Shown here piece after piece: positions 52,854-64,000 of a DNA stretch of 64,000 nt (positions are counted from its first letter, which is position 1; every line of letters starts with the position of its first letter). A program made the position numbers and the translations under genes. Location of the stretch: contig CM052818.1 in assembly GCA_028534125.1 (NCBI GenBank), forward strand, positions 28,398,001 through 28,462,000. The letters run 5' to 3'. The DNA comes from Lama glama (Eukaryota). Under the pieces are notes generated by a model that did no database searches, had not been told where the DNA came from, and worked only from the letters and a program-made list of their open reading frames with translations.

Positions 52854-53045
52854 GACTTTGGTTGATAATAATGTGCCCATGTTGGTTCATCAGTTGTACC
52901 AAATATGCCACACTGGTGAGGGATGTTGAGGCTAGGGGAGTATATATGTGTGGGTGGGGAGGGCTATGTGGGAACTCTGCACTTTCTGCTCAATTCTGCT
53001 GTAAACCTGAAACTGCTCTAAAAAATTAAAGCCTATTAATCTAAA
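52520..53045 (+). mobile_element. L1MB-like 3' end
   Basis: 'tgagctatcaagccatgaaagacatgg...aatgtaaactatggactttg...aaactgctctaaaaaattaaagcctatt' runs to the natural 3' terminus. Confidence 0.9.
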
Positions 53046-55421
53046 AAAATTCAATCAATTTCTGTTTTAATTGTCCAGATATTTTGAGACAGTTCTATGG
53101 AGGTATTATGTAAAATCTATACTGAATTGTGTAGAGAACTCAAATCTAATTAGAGATGAATTCTAGTAAGTTAAAAAAAAAGTGAACAGCTTAAATTTAG
53201 AGTTCTAAAGAATATGCTGTTTTTTTTTTTTACTACAATCTTGGTACAGAGCTCATCTGCCTATATTTTAGTGGAAAATTTCTAGTATATTTTGTTTTTA
53301 ACTTTTCCTATATGAGTATTTCTTTATAGTTTGTTGCAAAAAGTGGCAATGATTTCTCCTACCATGGTTCAAAAGAATGGGAAAAGTTAGATAAACAGAG
53401 ATCACATGAAGACTAATAAGCAAAGAGCTACAATATATTATGTTGTCCGTTAAAGATCAATTGTAAAATGAGATCAAGAGAAACAGTACAGAGAATCAAT
53501 ACTAGAAAGCCATTATATCAGTATTTGAAAACTGCTTGGAACGCCTTACAGGATCAGTGATTTAATATACAGCAGAGAAATCTGAATGATTAATGACTCA
53601 GATATCACTTTCTTGACACAACAGGGGACTTTAACAAAGAGGGTCATGCTAAGGTATGATAGGAAGGGATAGTACTCTTCTGGAAGTCCAGAGTATACTA
53701 GTTTACATTGTATGTACCCAGACAGAAAATTCTAATTTGAAGTGGGTATGGAAGAAAGAGATGTGACAAACTGCAAAAAGACATTTGCTCTCCTTCTCCT
53801 CCATTTTTCCAGCATATTCTCCTTCCTCCCTTGCAGACACATGGGGATGTCATGTTTTTATCATCAGGCTCCCTTAGCCAAAATTGATGGACCCAATAGA
53901 GGGCATTTGCTCAACCTTTCTCTCAGAATAATAGTTATCTCAAGGATTTAAAGGCTCAGAATTTTAAAAGATTCAAGGTAGTTTCTTGGGTAGCTGAAGC
54001 TAGAAAGATACAAGATCTCTAAGTCCATAGCTATTAGAGGACATGTGGAGAAAGTCAGTCTGTGTTGAGAGTAAAAAGAATAATGCCAGTATGCATGGTG
54101 GAAAAGGCTTTACTCCCTGAGAGTTGTTATCTTGGCCAAGGGAGCATATAAACTTCTGCTCTCAGAGAATAGAAACCGCATCTGTTCCTCTACTGGTAAT
54201 CCAATATTACCAGTAAAAGGAAGTCTTAATGGGTCATATACCCTTATTAAGCCAGCAGGGGTATACCTGAATGTACTTTTAGTTTAATAAAAATAAAAAC
54301 TCTACATCTTGCTTTCTTTTCCATCAAAATCATGTGAACAAATTTAGGATGAGCTAATGTATAAGAATAAACGTAGAAGGTCTCATTTTTCTTTTTTCTT
54401 TAAAGAAATATTGCTATAAATGAAATTAGAGTCAGCAGGGAGCTAGTGCTGATGTGGAGTTAAAAACATGATTCCACACTGGGTAATCAATGGGTATTAG
54501 GTCAAGTTATGGTCCTGTAGCATTCTGCTGACTGAAAGTGCTACAGGTGAAAGAAATACAGGACAACTTGGTTACAAATTGCACTTTATACAATATGGAG
54601 ATAAAAAAATTCTTACAAGGAGATTTTAGAGTTGCCTAGCTTTTTCTAATTTAGTACTTATAAAGGCACTTAAAGGCCATATAGACAATATAAAAAATGA
54701 AATAGGAAGGAACTCAATGCTTGATTGTAGTTTCACAATAAATTCCTAAATCTAGTTTGTGTTTCAGTTAAATTAGTATGATAATATTTTAAAGAATGGA
54801 CTATTGGGATGACTTTCCACAGATGGAAATCTGAGGAAAAAATTACTGATAGGAAGAAAAACAACATCTTTTCAGGGGATTTCACCACCATATATGGGAC
54901 AGTATTTAGCATTTCTAAAACCCCACTGTATTTGAGGAAGAAAAAGTCAGGAAAAAACAAAGGTATTCACTGATATTATATTTCCTTCTCTTTAAATTTA
55001 GGTTTTCATAATTAATATAGATTAAAAAGTGCTCCAACTCTAACTATTTAACTTTAAAAATGTTCACCTAAAACTCTGTCATGGTTATCTAATTAATGAA
55101 AAATGCTTATTTTCAATAGGTAACAGAATAATTGACTTAAATTTGCATGTAAAGAAAACAATAGTAAAAAATTTGGATTCTTGGCAGGTTTTAATTATTT
55201 AAAGTAATAATAACTTTTCATGTACCAAAAAGAAAAAAAATCTTGTTATGCAGTTGAATATTTTTAGTACAAACTATCAGAGCTGCCATTGATTGAGGGA
55301 AGTTTACCAGGTGTCAGGTGCTTTCTCTATTTCATTTTATGTACATTGTTAAATTCCCACAAGTTTAGAAAGTACTATTACTCCCATTTTACAGAATAGA
55401 AAGGAAAATATGAAGTTAAAA

Positions 55422-55859
55422 AAATATCCTCCTAGAAGAGTCTACTCAAGCAACAGAAATAAAAGCAAGAATAAATAAATGGAACCTAATGAAACTTACA
55501 AGCTTCTGCACAGCAAAGGAAACCAGAAGTAAAACAAAAAGACAACCTACGGAATGAGAGAAAATTTTTGCAAATGAAACCGACAAAGGCTTGATCTCCA
55601 GAATATATAAGCAGCTCATATGGCTTAATAAGAAACAGCCAAACAACACAATCCAAAAATGGGCAGAAGACCTAAACAAGCAATTCTCCAAGGAAGAAAT
55701 GCAAATGATCAATAGGCACATGAAAAAATGCTCAATATCACTAATTATCAGAGAAATGCAAATCAAAAATACAATCAGGTATCACCTCACACCAGTCAGA
55801 ATGGACATCATTCAAAAATCCACAAATGACAAATGTGGAGAAAGGGGAACCCTCCTATA
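55422..55859 (+). mobile_element. Young camelid-type L1 ORF2 C-terminal fragment without 3' UTR or tail
   Basis: Translates as 'ISRIYKQL...[50 protein letters not shown]' (L1 ORF2p C-terminal domain). Confidence 0.95.
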
Positions 55860-56797
55860 AAGCACTTTTTCAATAAGCATTTTCTGAGTATTTGTTTTAT
55901 ATACACTATGTGGTGGGTGCTATAGATTAAATGACAACTAAGAAACAGTCCTTTCCGTTAAAGAGCACGGCCCCAAAGTTGTACAGTATGTATCACTGGC
56001 AGGAACTGAACCAGGTTGTCTACGACTCGACATCCTTGAGCTTCATGCAGTGTTACACCAACCTCCTCCCACTTCCCACCTCCTTCACCAGAAAGATTAA
56101 AACACAATGTGTCACATGGAATAACTGAAATCAGTCCTAATTCTAAAGGGAGTTTTCCATTTTGCTATACCAGTGTGTGGGATTCTTTGGTTTTAAGAAA
56201 ATAGAAGGTCAGCAGTAAGGCCAATGAATTGAAAATCTTCTGTCTGATTAGACAAGCAGTGTGCGATAGGACCTTTGATAGATGGGAACAAACAAAAGGC
56301 GTTAGATCACTTGCTCTCTGAGCACATTTTCCAAAATATCTTTCTCCTAAGTTCTTAACCTCGTGTTTGCAGTACAAAAGGCATCATGATCTCGTAGACC
56401 TTTCCCAATTATAGATCTCATTTTTAGTCCCTGAATCATAAAAACCTCCCTTTTTATTTCCTGACTGATTCTCCTCCATCTCCAAGCTCCCTGTAAAGGT
56501 GCTATGCCATCTAAAAGATTATATTCTTTCTGAAGTGAATTTTCTTTGAGAGCTCTTGTTAATTTCCTCCCTTTAGCCCAAATCCCATTTATTAAAAGTG
56601 TTCCAACAGTGTAAAAGCTTTTCTGAAAGATCCTGAAGAAAGTAATTTTCATACAGATAAAATAGCTAAAGGAAAGAAAAACAGAAGCCTAGTTCAGCTG
56701 CTTTTTGATTAGATCGGCATGGTCTACTTAGCTGTAATCTATTTAACTGTTTGCAAAGCTGATATAAACCCAAACACCATAAAATGAAACTAAAATC

Positions 56798-56839
56798 TGC
56801 ACAATTCTGTGATTTAAATGCACAATTCTGTGATTTAAA
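56798..56839. repeat. Perfect 21-bp tandem duplication (tgcacaattctgtgatttaaa x2)
   Basis: Direct reading. Confidence 0.95.
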
Positions 56840-57509
56840 CTGTGTTCTACATCTAGAAATGTCTTCAGTGTGGGTTATACCATGAGTGTCAAAGCAAAAG
56901 AAAAAATTTTAAATTAACTAGCCTTCATTTATTGAAAAGTTAGTATGTGTCAATGTCCTTTCTTGTATATTAATTTAATCTTTGAAAAATCCTAAAAATA
57001 GATTCTATTATCATCCCTATTTCATAAGTAAGGAAAATGAAATGAAAGGGAAGTAGATAACTTGCCAAATTCTCATAGTAAGTGACATAATTAATATTTC
57101 GTCTATAGAAATATTCATCATGTGATAATAATGTTTCAAAAAAAGATAACGCAGTAAGTTCTGAGACTCAGTTTAAGACTATAAAAGATATAGTCTGTTG
57201 AGGTCATGTCTAGATTCCTATCTGCTCAGACTATTTTGGCAGAAAAAATTGACAACCTCTGATATATTAGACCACCAAGCTCTCTGGTTTGCCAGTTTAA
57301 AAACTGCACTAATTTTAATTAACCTCCTATTTCAGCCACTTATTTCTTAATTTATTCAGGCTATAAATATGATTTATTCTACAAGTTTGATATTTTAGAA
57401 AGCATTACTATCCATTGTTAGATTAAATTTAATACAATTTAATCTGTCTCCTAAATTTTATTACTTTTAATTGACTGTCAGTTAGTTTTAGAAAATTTTA
57501 CTTAATCAA

Positions 57510-57712
57510 ATTAGCAGATACAAATTACTATATATAGATAAAGAACAAGGTCATACTGTATAGCACAGGGAACTGTATTCAATATCTTATAATAAACTAC
57601 AATGGAAAATAATATAAAAAAGAATGTATATATGTATAACTGAATCACTTTGTGCTAGTTTCACCAGACACTAAGACCAAATTGCAAATTAACTATACTT
57701 CAATAAAAAAAT
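57510..57712 (+). mobile_element. Cetartiodactyl-type L1 3' end
   Basis: 'ttagcagatacaaattactatatatagataaagaacaaggtcatactgtatagcacagggaactgtattcaatatc...aactatacttcaataaaaaa'. Confidence 0.9.
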
Positions 57713-59099
57713 TTTTTTAAATAAATTTTTTCCTTCTGAACATATAAATTAGCCCAGTACCTGTTACCTCTGCGTGTAAGTTCTTTTGACTTACGACCTT
57801 AGTTATTAGTTAAATGAATCTGGATCACTTAATAAATTCCATTTTTAAACTTAATCATACTTTTAGTAAATATTCTGAGATATAGAAAAATCTAGCAAAC
57901 TTTATTCTTCAGTCTTAGAAAATGTGACAGCTCTCTTCAAAATGCTACTCTTATAAAGATAGATAAGATCTATGTCCCTGGCTTTTCTCTTCTACAGACT
58001 GTGGCTTTTAAAATAATGTGAAAGTTTATACTGGTAATTGCCTTATTAAAAAGTGTCTTATTGGCATGATAGGCTTTTTATGGGAGCCATTCAATTTATT
58101 TTTGGTTTAAAAAATATTGAAGGAAATTATTAATCACCATTCCAAACCATTATATTCTCAGATAGCTGCACTGTGATTTGGGATAGTTCTGTGTGTTGTA
58201 GTAAAATGTTCTCATTCCTTTCCCTCTGTCTATACTCACACACCATGCACAGGCACATACATATAGGACACACGTGTGCACACACACAATTATAACCTTA
58301 TGTATATAAGCATATGTGCATATGTGTAAACAACTGAAACTAAATTTAGTAGAACTATAAATATACATTAAATTCTATTCAATAGGTTAAAAAATCTTGC
58401 ATTTTGGCTATCATATACCACAACCAATCATATATTGGGTTAAGCAGATAATATTGTATGGCTTCATCTCTTCCCTTTTTCCTGGTTTACGGAACCTTTG
58501 AGGCTAGTCTGACACTGGCATTTCCTCTGAAGCCATTGGTTGCAAAGTCACATTTCAGCTGTGCAAGCAAATGGAATGAGAGAAAAAGTAGAACCTGCAG
58601 AACTGCAATGACTGTAATTTTATAATGTTGGCTTCCCTGAACCTGTCTCTGGGAACCATAATTAATGCAATACATCCACTAGCTTCTCTCAGGGGTAAAA
58701 AGAAGGATCTAATTGAAACCTTGTAAAGCAGTTTCACAAGTGAATGGAAAGGATATTGGCTTTTATCTCCCAGCCCCACCTTTACACTGTCAAGATTATT
58801 AAAGTTTCATAAAAATGTTGTAAACCTTCATGCTAATATCCCTACAACTGATGAATTTAGGTCAATAATCACAACTGGAGCTTTAGTTAGTAGTTTTAAT
58901 AGAATTTCTTTTCTGGAATAAGAAGGTGAAAATCAGAATCTGAAAATGATTCTACCATTAGTAATAGTAATTTTATAATTCTCAAGAACTTCTGGACCAG
59001 CATATGTAAATTTAAGACAAAAGAACTATCCTATATTCTAATAAGTAACAAGCTGATTCCTAAAAAAAAAAAAAAAGTACTGACAGCGTAGATAAAATA

Positions 59100-59236
59100 A
59101 CCGAATTCATTCTTTCCTCTCCCTGTCTCAATATCCACTTCATTACTTGTATTTCTTAGAATGACTCACAAATAAACTACTAACACTTGAATTATTTTCT
59201 AGGCGTCATCTTCTGGGGGAACCCAAGTTAAGAGAA
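59100..59236 (+). mobile_element. LTR16-like (ERVL class) LTR 3' end
   Basis: 'aaataaactactaacacttga...cttctgggggaacccaagttaagaga' immediately precedes ERV internal sequence. Confidence 0.65.
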
Positions 59237-60123
59237 TTGGCACTAGAAGAAGTTTTAGAAAGCAGATCCTCAGGATAAAATTCTGCAACTGGATCACTGA
59301 ACTGGCCAGAAACTTTTAGAATTCCATTACTGGTAGGAAGTAGGGTAATGATAATCCCAAAATGCTGCAGCATTACTTTAATTATGATTCTTACTTGTGG
59401 TGAATTATGATAAAAATGGAATAAAATGCACTGTCTTGTGCAACATCTCTAGATGTACTAGACAATCATTGTGGGGTTTTCTGTTTGTTTTGTTTTTGTT
59501 TATTTTTAAAATTTTTTTAAGTATAGTCAGTTACAATGTGTCAATTTCTGGTATACAGCATAAGGGACACCATTGTTATAGGAGATTTGAAATATTTGGT
59601 CATTAACTAAAAAGAAAAACAAACCTGAAGGTCAAGTCAACTCATGACATTTTCAACACAAGGTATGACTAGGCAAGCCACAAGGCTATAGTGGAATTAA
59701 AAAGACTCTCATCTCCTGCAACCAGAGAGCAGAAAATCAGACCCAGGATCTAAGTGTGAGAAAAATGAAGTTATAATGAAGGCTAAATTCACATCCTGGC
59801 AAGCCATCTATATTCAAGCCACAGCCCTGACAAGGAAAAAGTGGGATTTTAAGACCTTAGATGAGATCTCCAGGTAGAATGTTTGAGAACCTTGAGTCCT
59901 GAGATTTCTCAGAACCTTCTAAGCTAGCAGAAGTGGTACACTCTTCTGATTAGCACTGTATTCCTTTTTCTGGTCACCGGGCAAAGACTTCATCTGAGGC
60001 AGATGTCTTGTACAATCTTTTTTTTCCTCCTCTGGAGCTGCTCCTAATTTCCTTCACTGGTTCTACACCAATAACTGTGATTATGACCCACCACGGCCCA
60101 ACTAGGGAAGTACTATCTCTGTT

Positions 60124-60385
60124 GTATCCCTTATCTATTGCTGCATAACAAATTACTACAATCTGAGCAGCATAAAGCAATAGACATGTAGCATAGTTTC
60201 TGTGAATTAGTCTAGATGTAGCTTACTTAGCTGGATCATCTTTAGTTTCTAAAACAGCTGCTATCAAAGTGTCAGCCAGGGTTTCATTCTCATCTGAGAC
60301 TTAACTGCGGAAGAAATTTCTTCCAAGCTCATGTAGTTTTGGACAGCATTCAGATACCATAGGCTGCTGGACCATGGTTTCCTAA
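60124..60385 (-). mobile_element. MLT1 LTR fragment nested in the ERV
   Basis: 'tgtatcccttatctattgctgcataacaaattactacaa...tcaaagtgtcagccaggg...ttccaagctca'. Confidence 0.75.
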
Positions 60386-62946
60386 TGATACTGCCTTACT
60401 TACAACCACTACAGAAACACACACAAATTATAAAAACCTTAGAAACAGGTGATCAAAATGCTGATGTCAACTACCACACTGCAAAATCATAACCATACAG
60501 CATTTTCCAGGGAGCCTGTTCCAGAAGAAGCTGTACCCTTTTGAGCAATATTCCATAAAACAAAACAAGCATAAACAATACCAAATCCCATAATCTTTCC
60601 TTAAAGGGATCTAAAGAAATTTATCAGGGCCTACTTCCATACAGTGAAACCTGTTAAATACAGAATCTGGGCTAACAATATACTAGGGAATCAAAATGTC
60701 ATCATAGACCTCCAGTTCGAATGCAAGCATATGGAGGCCAGGTGACATATGGGATACTAGCCTTCAGTCATCTCATTGTGTAGCTGGTGATTCCACAGAG
60801 CCATCGCTTCTGGCCCCAGGGACATTTATATGTCTATGAATGCATAATCAGGATGCATATATATATTGATTTGGCAGAGCTCTTGTTCTTGCAACCTGAC
60901 CTGTGCAGGAGTTCAAAAATGGTAGGAAAGTTCAAGTAAAAGCCCCTGAAACTTCCTCCTTCTACGCAGGTTCGTATATTAAAAGCAATACAGCATCCCA
61001 GGTAGAAGAGCAAAATGGCAGAGTCCTAAAGGAGATAAGGGTAGTGTTTTATCATTTTAACCCTATTTAACTGACCAGTCTGCATGCCTCTCAACTCCAA
61101 AAACAAACAAAAACAAACAAAAATGGAGCATGGCAAATGACAGCAAGTAGTATCTATTTAACCAGGTGTTATTTCTAAATTGCAGCTGCTTGCCAGATGT
61201 GTAGCTTTACTAGAACAGATCAGTACAGCCTTGATCATTTGATATACAATTATTGACTAAACAAATGTGTTTTTTTCCCCAATACTGATCAAGAAAGAGG
61301 ATTAGAAGCAGTTTACATTCACCTGGAATAGGTGATACTATACACTCATAGTCTTGCCCCAAAACAGCATTAACCCTACTGATTTTAGCCAAATACAGTC
61401 GGGAGAAAAAACCACGTCATTTGACTACTATATAACATATATAGCTAGTTCTTTATAATAGCATAATGATATTAATATAATGATATTAATTAGACCTACT
61501 GAATATGAAGTACCAAGTACTTTTTTAAGTCATATGCTCCAGAAAATAGGAGAAAAACACATATTGTATAACCCAGATTTATGGACCTTAAAAATGAGGG
61601 AAATTTTTAGTGATCTAGTAACTGAAGAATATCAGGACATTTCTACCAAATTAAAGGACAAGTTATTATACCTAGAACCTCTTATGACTATCAACCAGTC
61701 ATTCACTTGGTAGGCCCATGTGGATTTTGAGGATAGCACTTAAACACTTGTTAAAGTTAACACTGGTCACATCCACAGTGACTCAGAAATCTGTCAGTTT
61801 TAAGTGGGCCCAAAGATAGGATTCTGCATTAGTTTCAGGGTGCCATACAAGCATCCTTGCAGCTCTGTCTGCATGACCATGTGGATTCCACGGTACTGGA
61901 GGTCTTAGAAAAGGGTGTCATATGGAATATCTAGCATGAAGACATTTGAAGCAAAGAACTATTAACCATTAGAAAAGCAGCTTCTGGCATTTACTGGATC
62001 TAACAGAGACTGAGAATCTAGTGTCTGTTAGGGGCCAGGACTACAACTGGTACTACTCATCACGAGCTGGGAATTATCAACCTACCAAGTAATAAAGTTA
62101 CACAGACACAACAGAATTCCATCAGACAATGAAAATGATACATTCAATATTAGGCTTGAAGCAGATAAGATATCATAAGTAATTTACAAAAGAGTTGGGC
62201 CAGACTCTAACTTATCTAATTCATTTATTCCTACATCTCTCACTCACCTCACATTTATAACCTAGTATGGAACTCCCTATTCCCAGGTGTGGACATAAAC
62301 ATGGTCTTGCTTCATGGAAAGGTTAGTTTCTGTAGGCCAATGTTTATGTTAGTCAAAAACAGACTGTCACAGGGATGATCTCTAAAGACAGGACTGAAAG
62401 GAAATCTTTCTAATGAGCAAAGTAGATGCTCTGGGTCATCAATTTGTTATAAAAGAAGATGCCTGAACTAAGGAGATTAATAAATTCCTGGGTAGAAGCA
62501 AATGGCCTAGTTTGTTGGTAAAAAACCTGGAACGAGCAAGATTGGAAGACAGAGATTTGAGGAAAAGCATACAGACTGTTCTATGAGAAAGTTAACAAAA
62601 TGCAGGGATCTATGCGTCTCATAGCGGTGCCCACCAAGAACATCCATCAGAGAAAGTGTTGACAACTAGGCAAATAGAAAGATACAGCCAGTAGTGGTAG
62701 CCACCCTCAGACTCAGTCACCCCACTGCTTGCATAATAATCCCAAGAATGGAGATCCCAGAGTGAGAGAGAGGGGGACCAAGCACCAGACTTTCACCACG
62801 GGCTTCTTCATCACTAAGAGAAACCCAGCTACTGGTGCTACTGAATGTGTGACCCATCAGCTGGTTAGACCTACGCTGACTCCTTGGTATCATACTGGTG
62901 ATCAGTTTACTTTTTCTAAGCTCCTAGTTTACCCTTTGACCTGATT

Positions 62947-63466
62947 TGTGATACTGAAACTTAATCCTATTAAATTTCTCCAACACCAGCTGGTGCAGTT
63001 TAGCTCTGCCATTAGGAGGTGCTGGAATCACTGCAATGCCATAGCAAGAGAAGGGCTTCTCTCCTTAGTACTGGTGTACTTTTATTTTCTTATGATGTGG
63101 CTGCCAGGAAATCAGTGTTCCAGAGGCCTGGTGGCAAACACTCTCTAACAGTTTCTTGGCCACTCTATAGGCCTTTTCTGCTCAACAATTCAAGACCATA
63201 CCCTCTGGCAAATTCTTCTCCACCAACCTTCAGCATGTATGTATATATGTATGTATGTATGTATGTATCTATCTATCTATCTAATAGCCACATTTTCTCT
63301 AATAATTGTCTAAGTTCCTAGTTTCATCCTTGTTCACTCTCTCAGCCCTACATATGGCAGCAAGTCCTTTTACTCTTTGGAATAGTTAAAAATACTTTAC
63401 ATTAAATTGTCCTTGTTTATATTACTGATATGATTTCTGTGTCCTGACTGGATCCTGATTAATACA
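62947..63466 (+). mobile_element. MLT2-type LTR nested in the ERV integrase region
   Basis: TG start, internal (TATG)n(TCTA)n, end 'ttctgtgtcctgactggatcctgattaataca'. Confidence 0.65.
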
Positions 63467-63661
63467 CATGCCATCCTTCAAAAAAAAAAAAACTAACCAA
63501 ATATTTTTTGGCTAGTTGACTATGTTACTTCTCTTCCGTGGTGGAAGAACAATGATTCATCCTTACTTGGGTTCTTACATTTTCCAGGTTTAGGTTTGTG
63601 TTTCCTCTTTTCTATGCCTTGGACCACATCACTACTAAAAATTTCACACGACAAGTTAAAC

Positions 63662-64000
63662 TGTTAAGGAAGACTTAACTGAAGACTACTGCAATAGGTG
63701 AAAGAGTTTGAACTCAACTCCACTGTGACAAAAAGCAGTTTTTAGGTGCCAGGATAAGTTGTAGAATAATATGAAAGGATCTTATAGGGAGATTGGTCAA
63801 TGTCTAGCTTATAGAAGTTATGTTCCTACTCTCCCACAGAAACTAGGAGGTAGAAGCACGATTTTCCTTGATGATTACATTTCAAAAGGATAGCTCCCAG
63901 GACCTTGAGAAAGACAGTTTGGGGCTGTAGACCTGGCGAGAGGCTAGAGAAGATTTACGTTTCAAAGAAGCAAAGAAAGTACTTACACATTTCTAAAGTA
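63662..64000 (-). mobile_element. ERV1-class LTR remnant, runs off the window
   Basis: 'gactactgcaataggtgaaagagtttgaactcaactcc...acatttcaaaaggatagctcccaggaccttgagaaagaca'. Confidence 0.55.

Larger units (their letters stand above)
59237..63655 (+). mobile_element. Decayed class III ERV internal region (ERV3-16A3/ERVL-like) with pol remnants
   Basis: RT-like 'ALLEQIST', '*YTIID*TNVFFS', 'QFTFTWNR*YYTLIVLPQN' (~61200-61365); RNase H-like 'LEKQLLA' (~61970); integrase-like 'WLVDYVTSLPWWK' then, after a frameshift, 'FILTWVLTFSRFRFVFP' (~63508-63606). Confidence 0.85.

Noticed and set aside
54191..54547. Two short hairpins (10-bp arms at 54191-54215; 9-bp arms at 54514-54547)
   Set aside because: Too short for pre-miRNA; a few such inverted repeats are expected by chance in AT-rich 64 kb
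55591..55860. 89-aa ORF with real protein similarity
   Set aside because: It is an L1 ORF2p C-terminal fragment, not a host gene
1..64000. CRISPR arrays, operons, rRNA or tRNA genes, other prokaryote-type systems
   Set aside because: The sequence is mammalian; no repeat-spacer arrays or long ORFs; the only tRNA-like text is a SINE head

Overview
AT-rich, CpG-depleted mammalian genomic DNA, probably camelid (Camelus/Vicugna). The lineage call rests on a Vic-1-type tRNA-derived SINE (~27.4 kb) and camelid-type L1 3' ends, recognised from memory and not from a database search. I recognise no protein-coding gene. The ORF track is explained by L1/ERV remnants, microsatellites and chance ORFs, so the window reads as intergenic or deep intronic. 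It is densely layered with L1, L2, MIR, MaLR/ERVL LTRs, a Tigger5/MER47 DNA transposon and a decayed class III (ERVL-type) provirus with pol remnants (59-63.7 kb). Best-supported unusual structures: (1) a ~0.93 kb composite segment present twice, 25 kb apart and mostly inverted (26.0-26.9 kb vs 51.8-52.9 kb), with a ~290 bp micro-inversion at the probable donor locus; (2) a ~320 bp GC-rich, poly(A)-tailed, TSD-flanked retroposed insert of unknown origin that is open as one reading frame (44.57-44.89 kb); (3) two ultra-short retrotransposition scars. Weaker, inferred signals are a TATA/CpG/paired-TAATCC promoter-like site (~39.8 kb, minus), two phase-compatible plus-strand candidate 3' exons with a poly(A) site (0.4-1.1 kb) and a minus-strand first-exon-like site (~19 kb). 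I cannot demonstrate a new biological system from sequence alone. Repeat boundaries are approximate and subfamily names are from memory.
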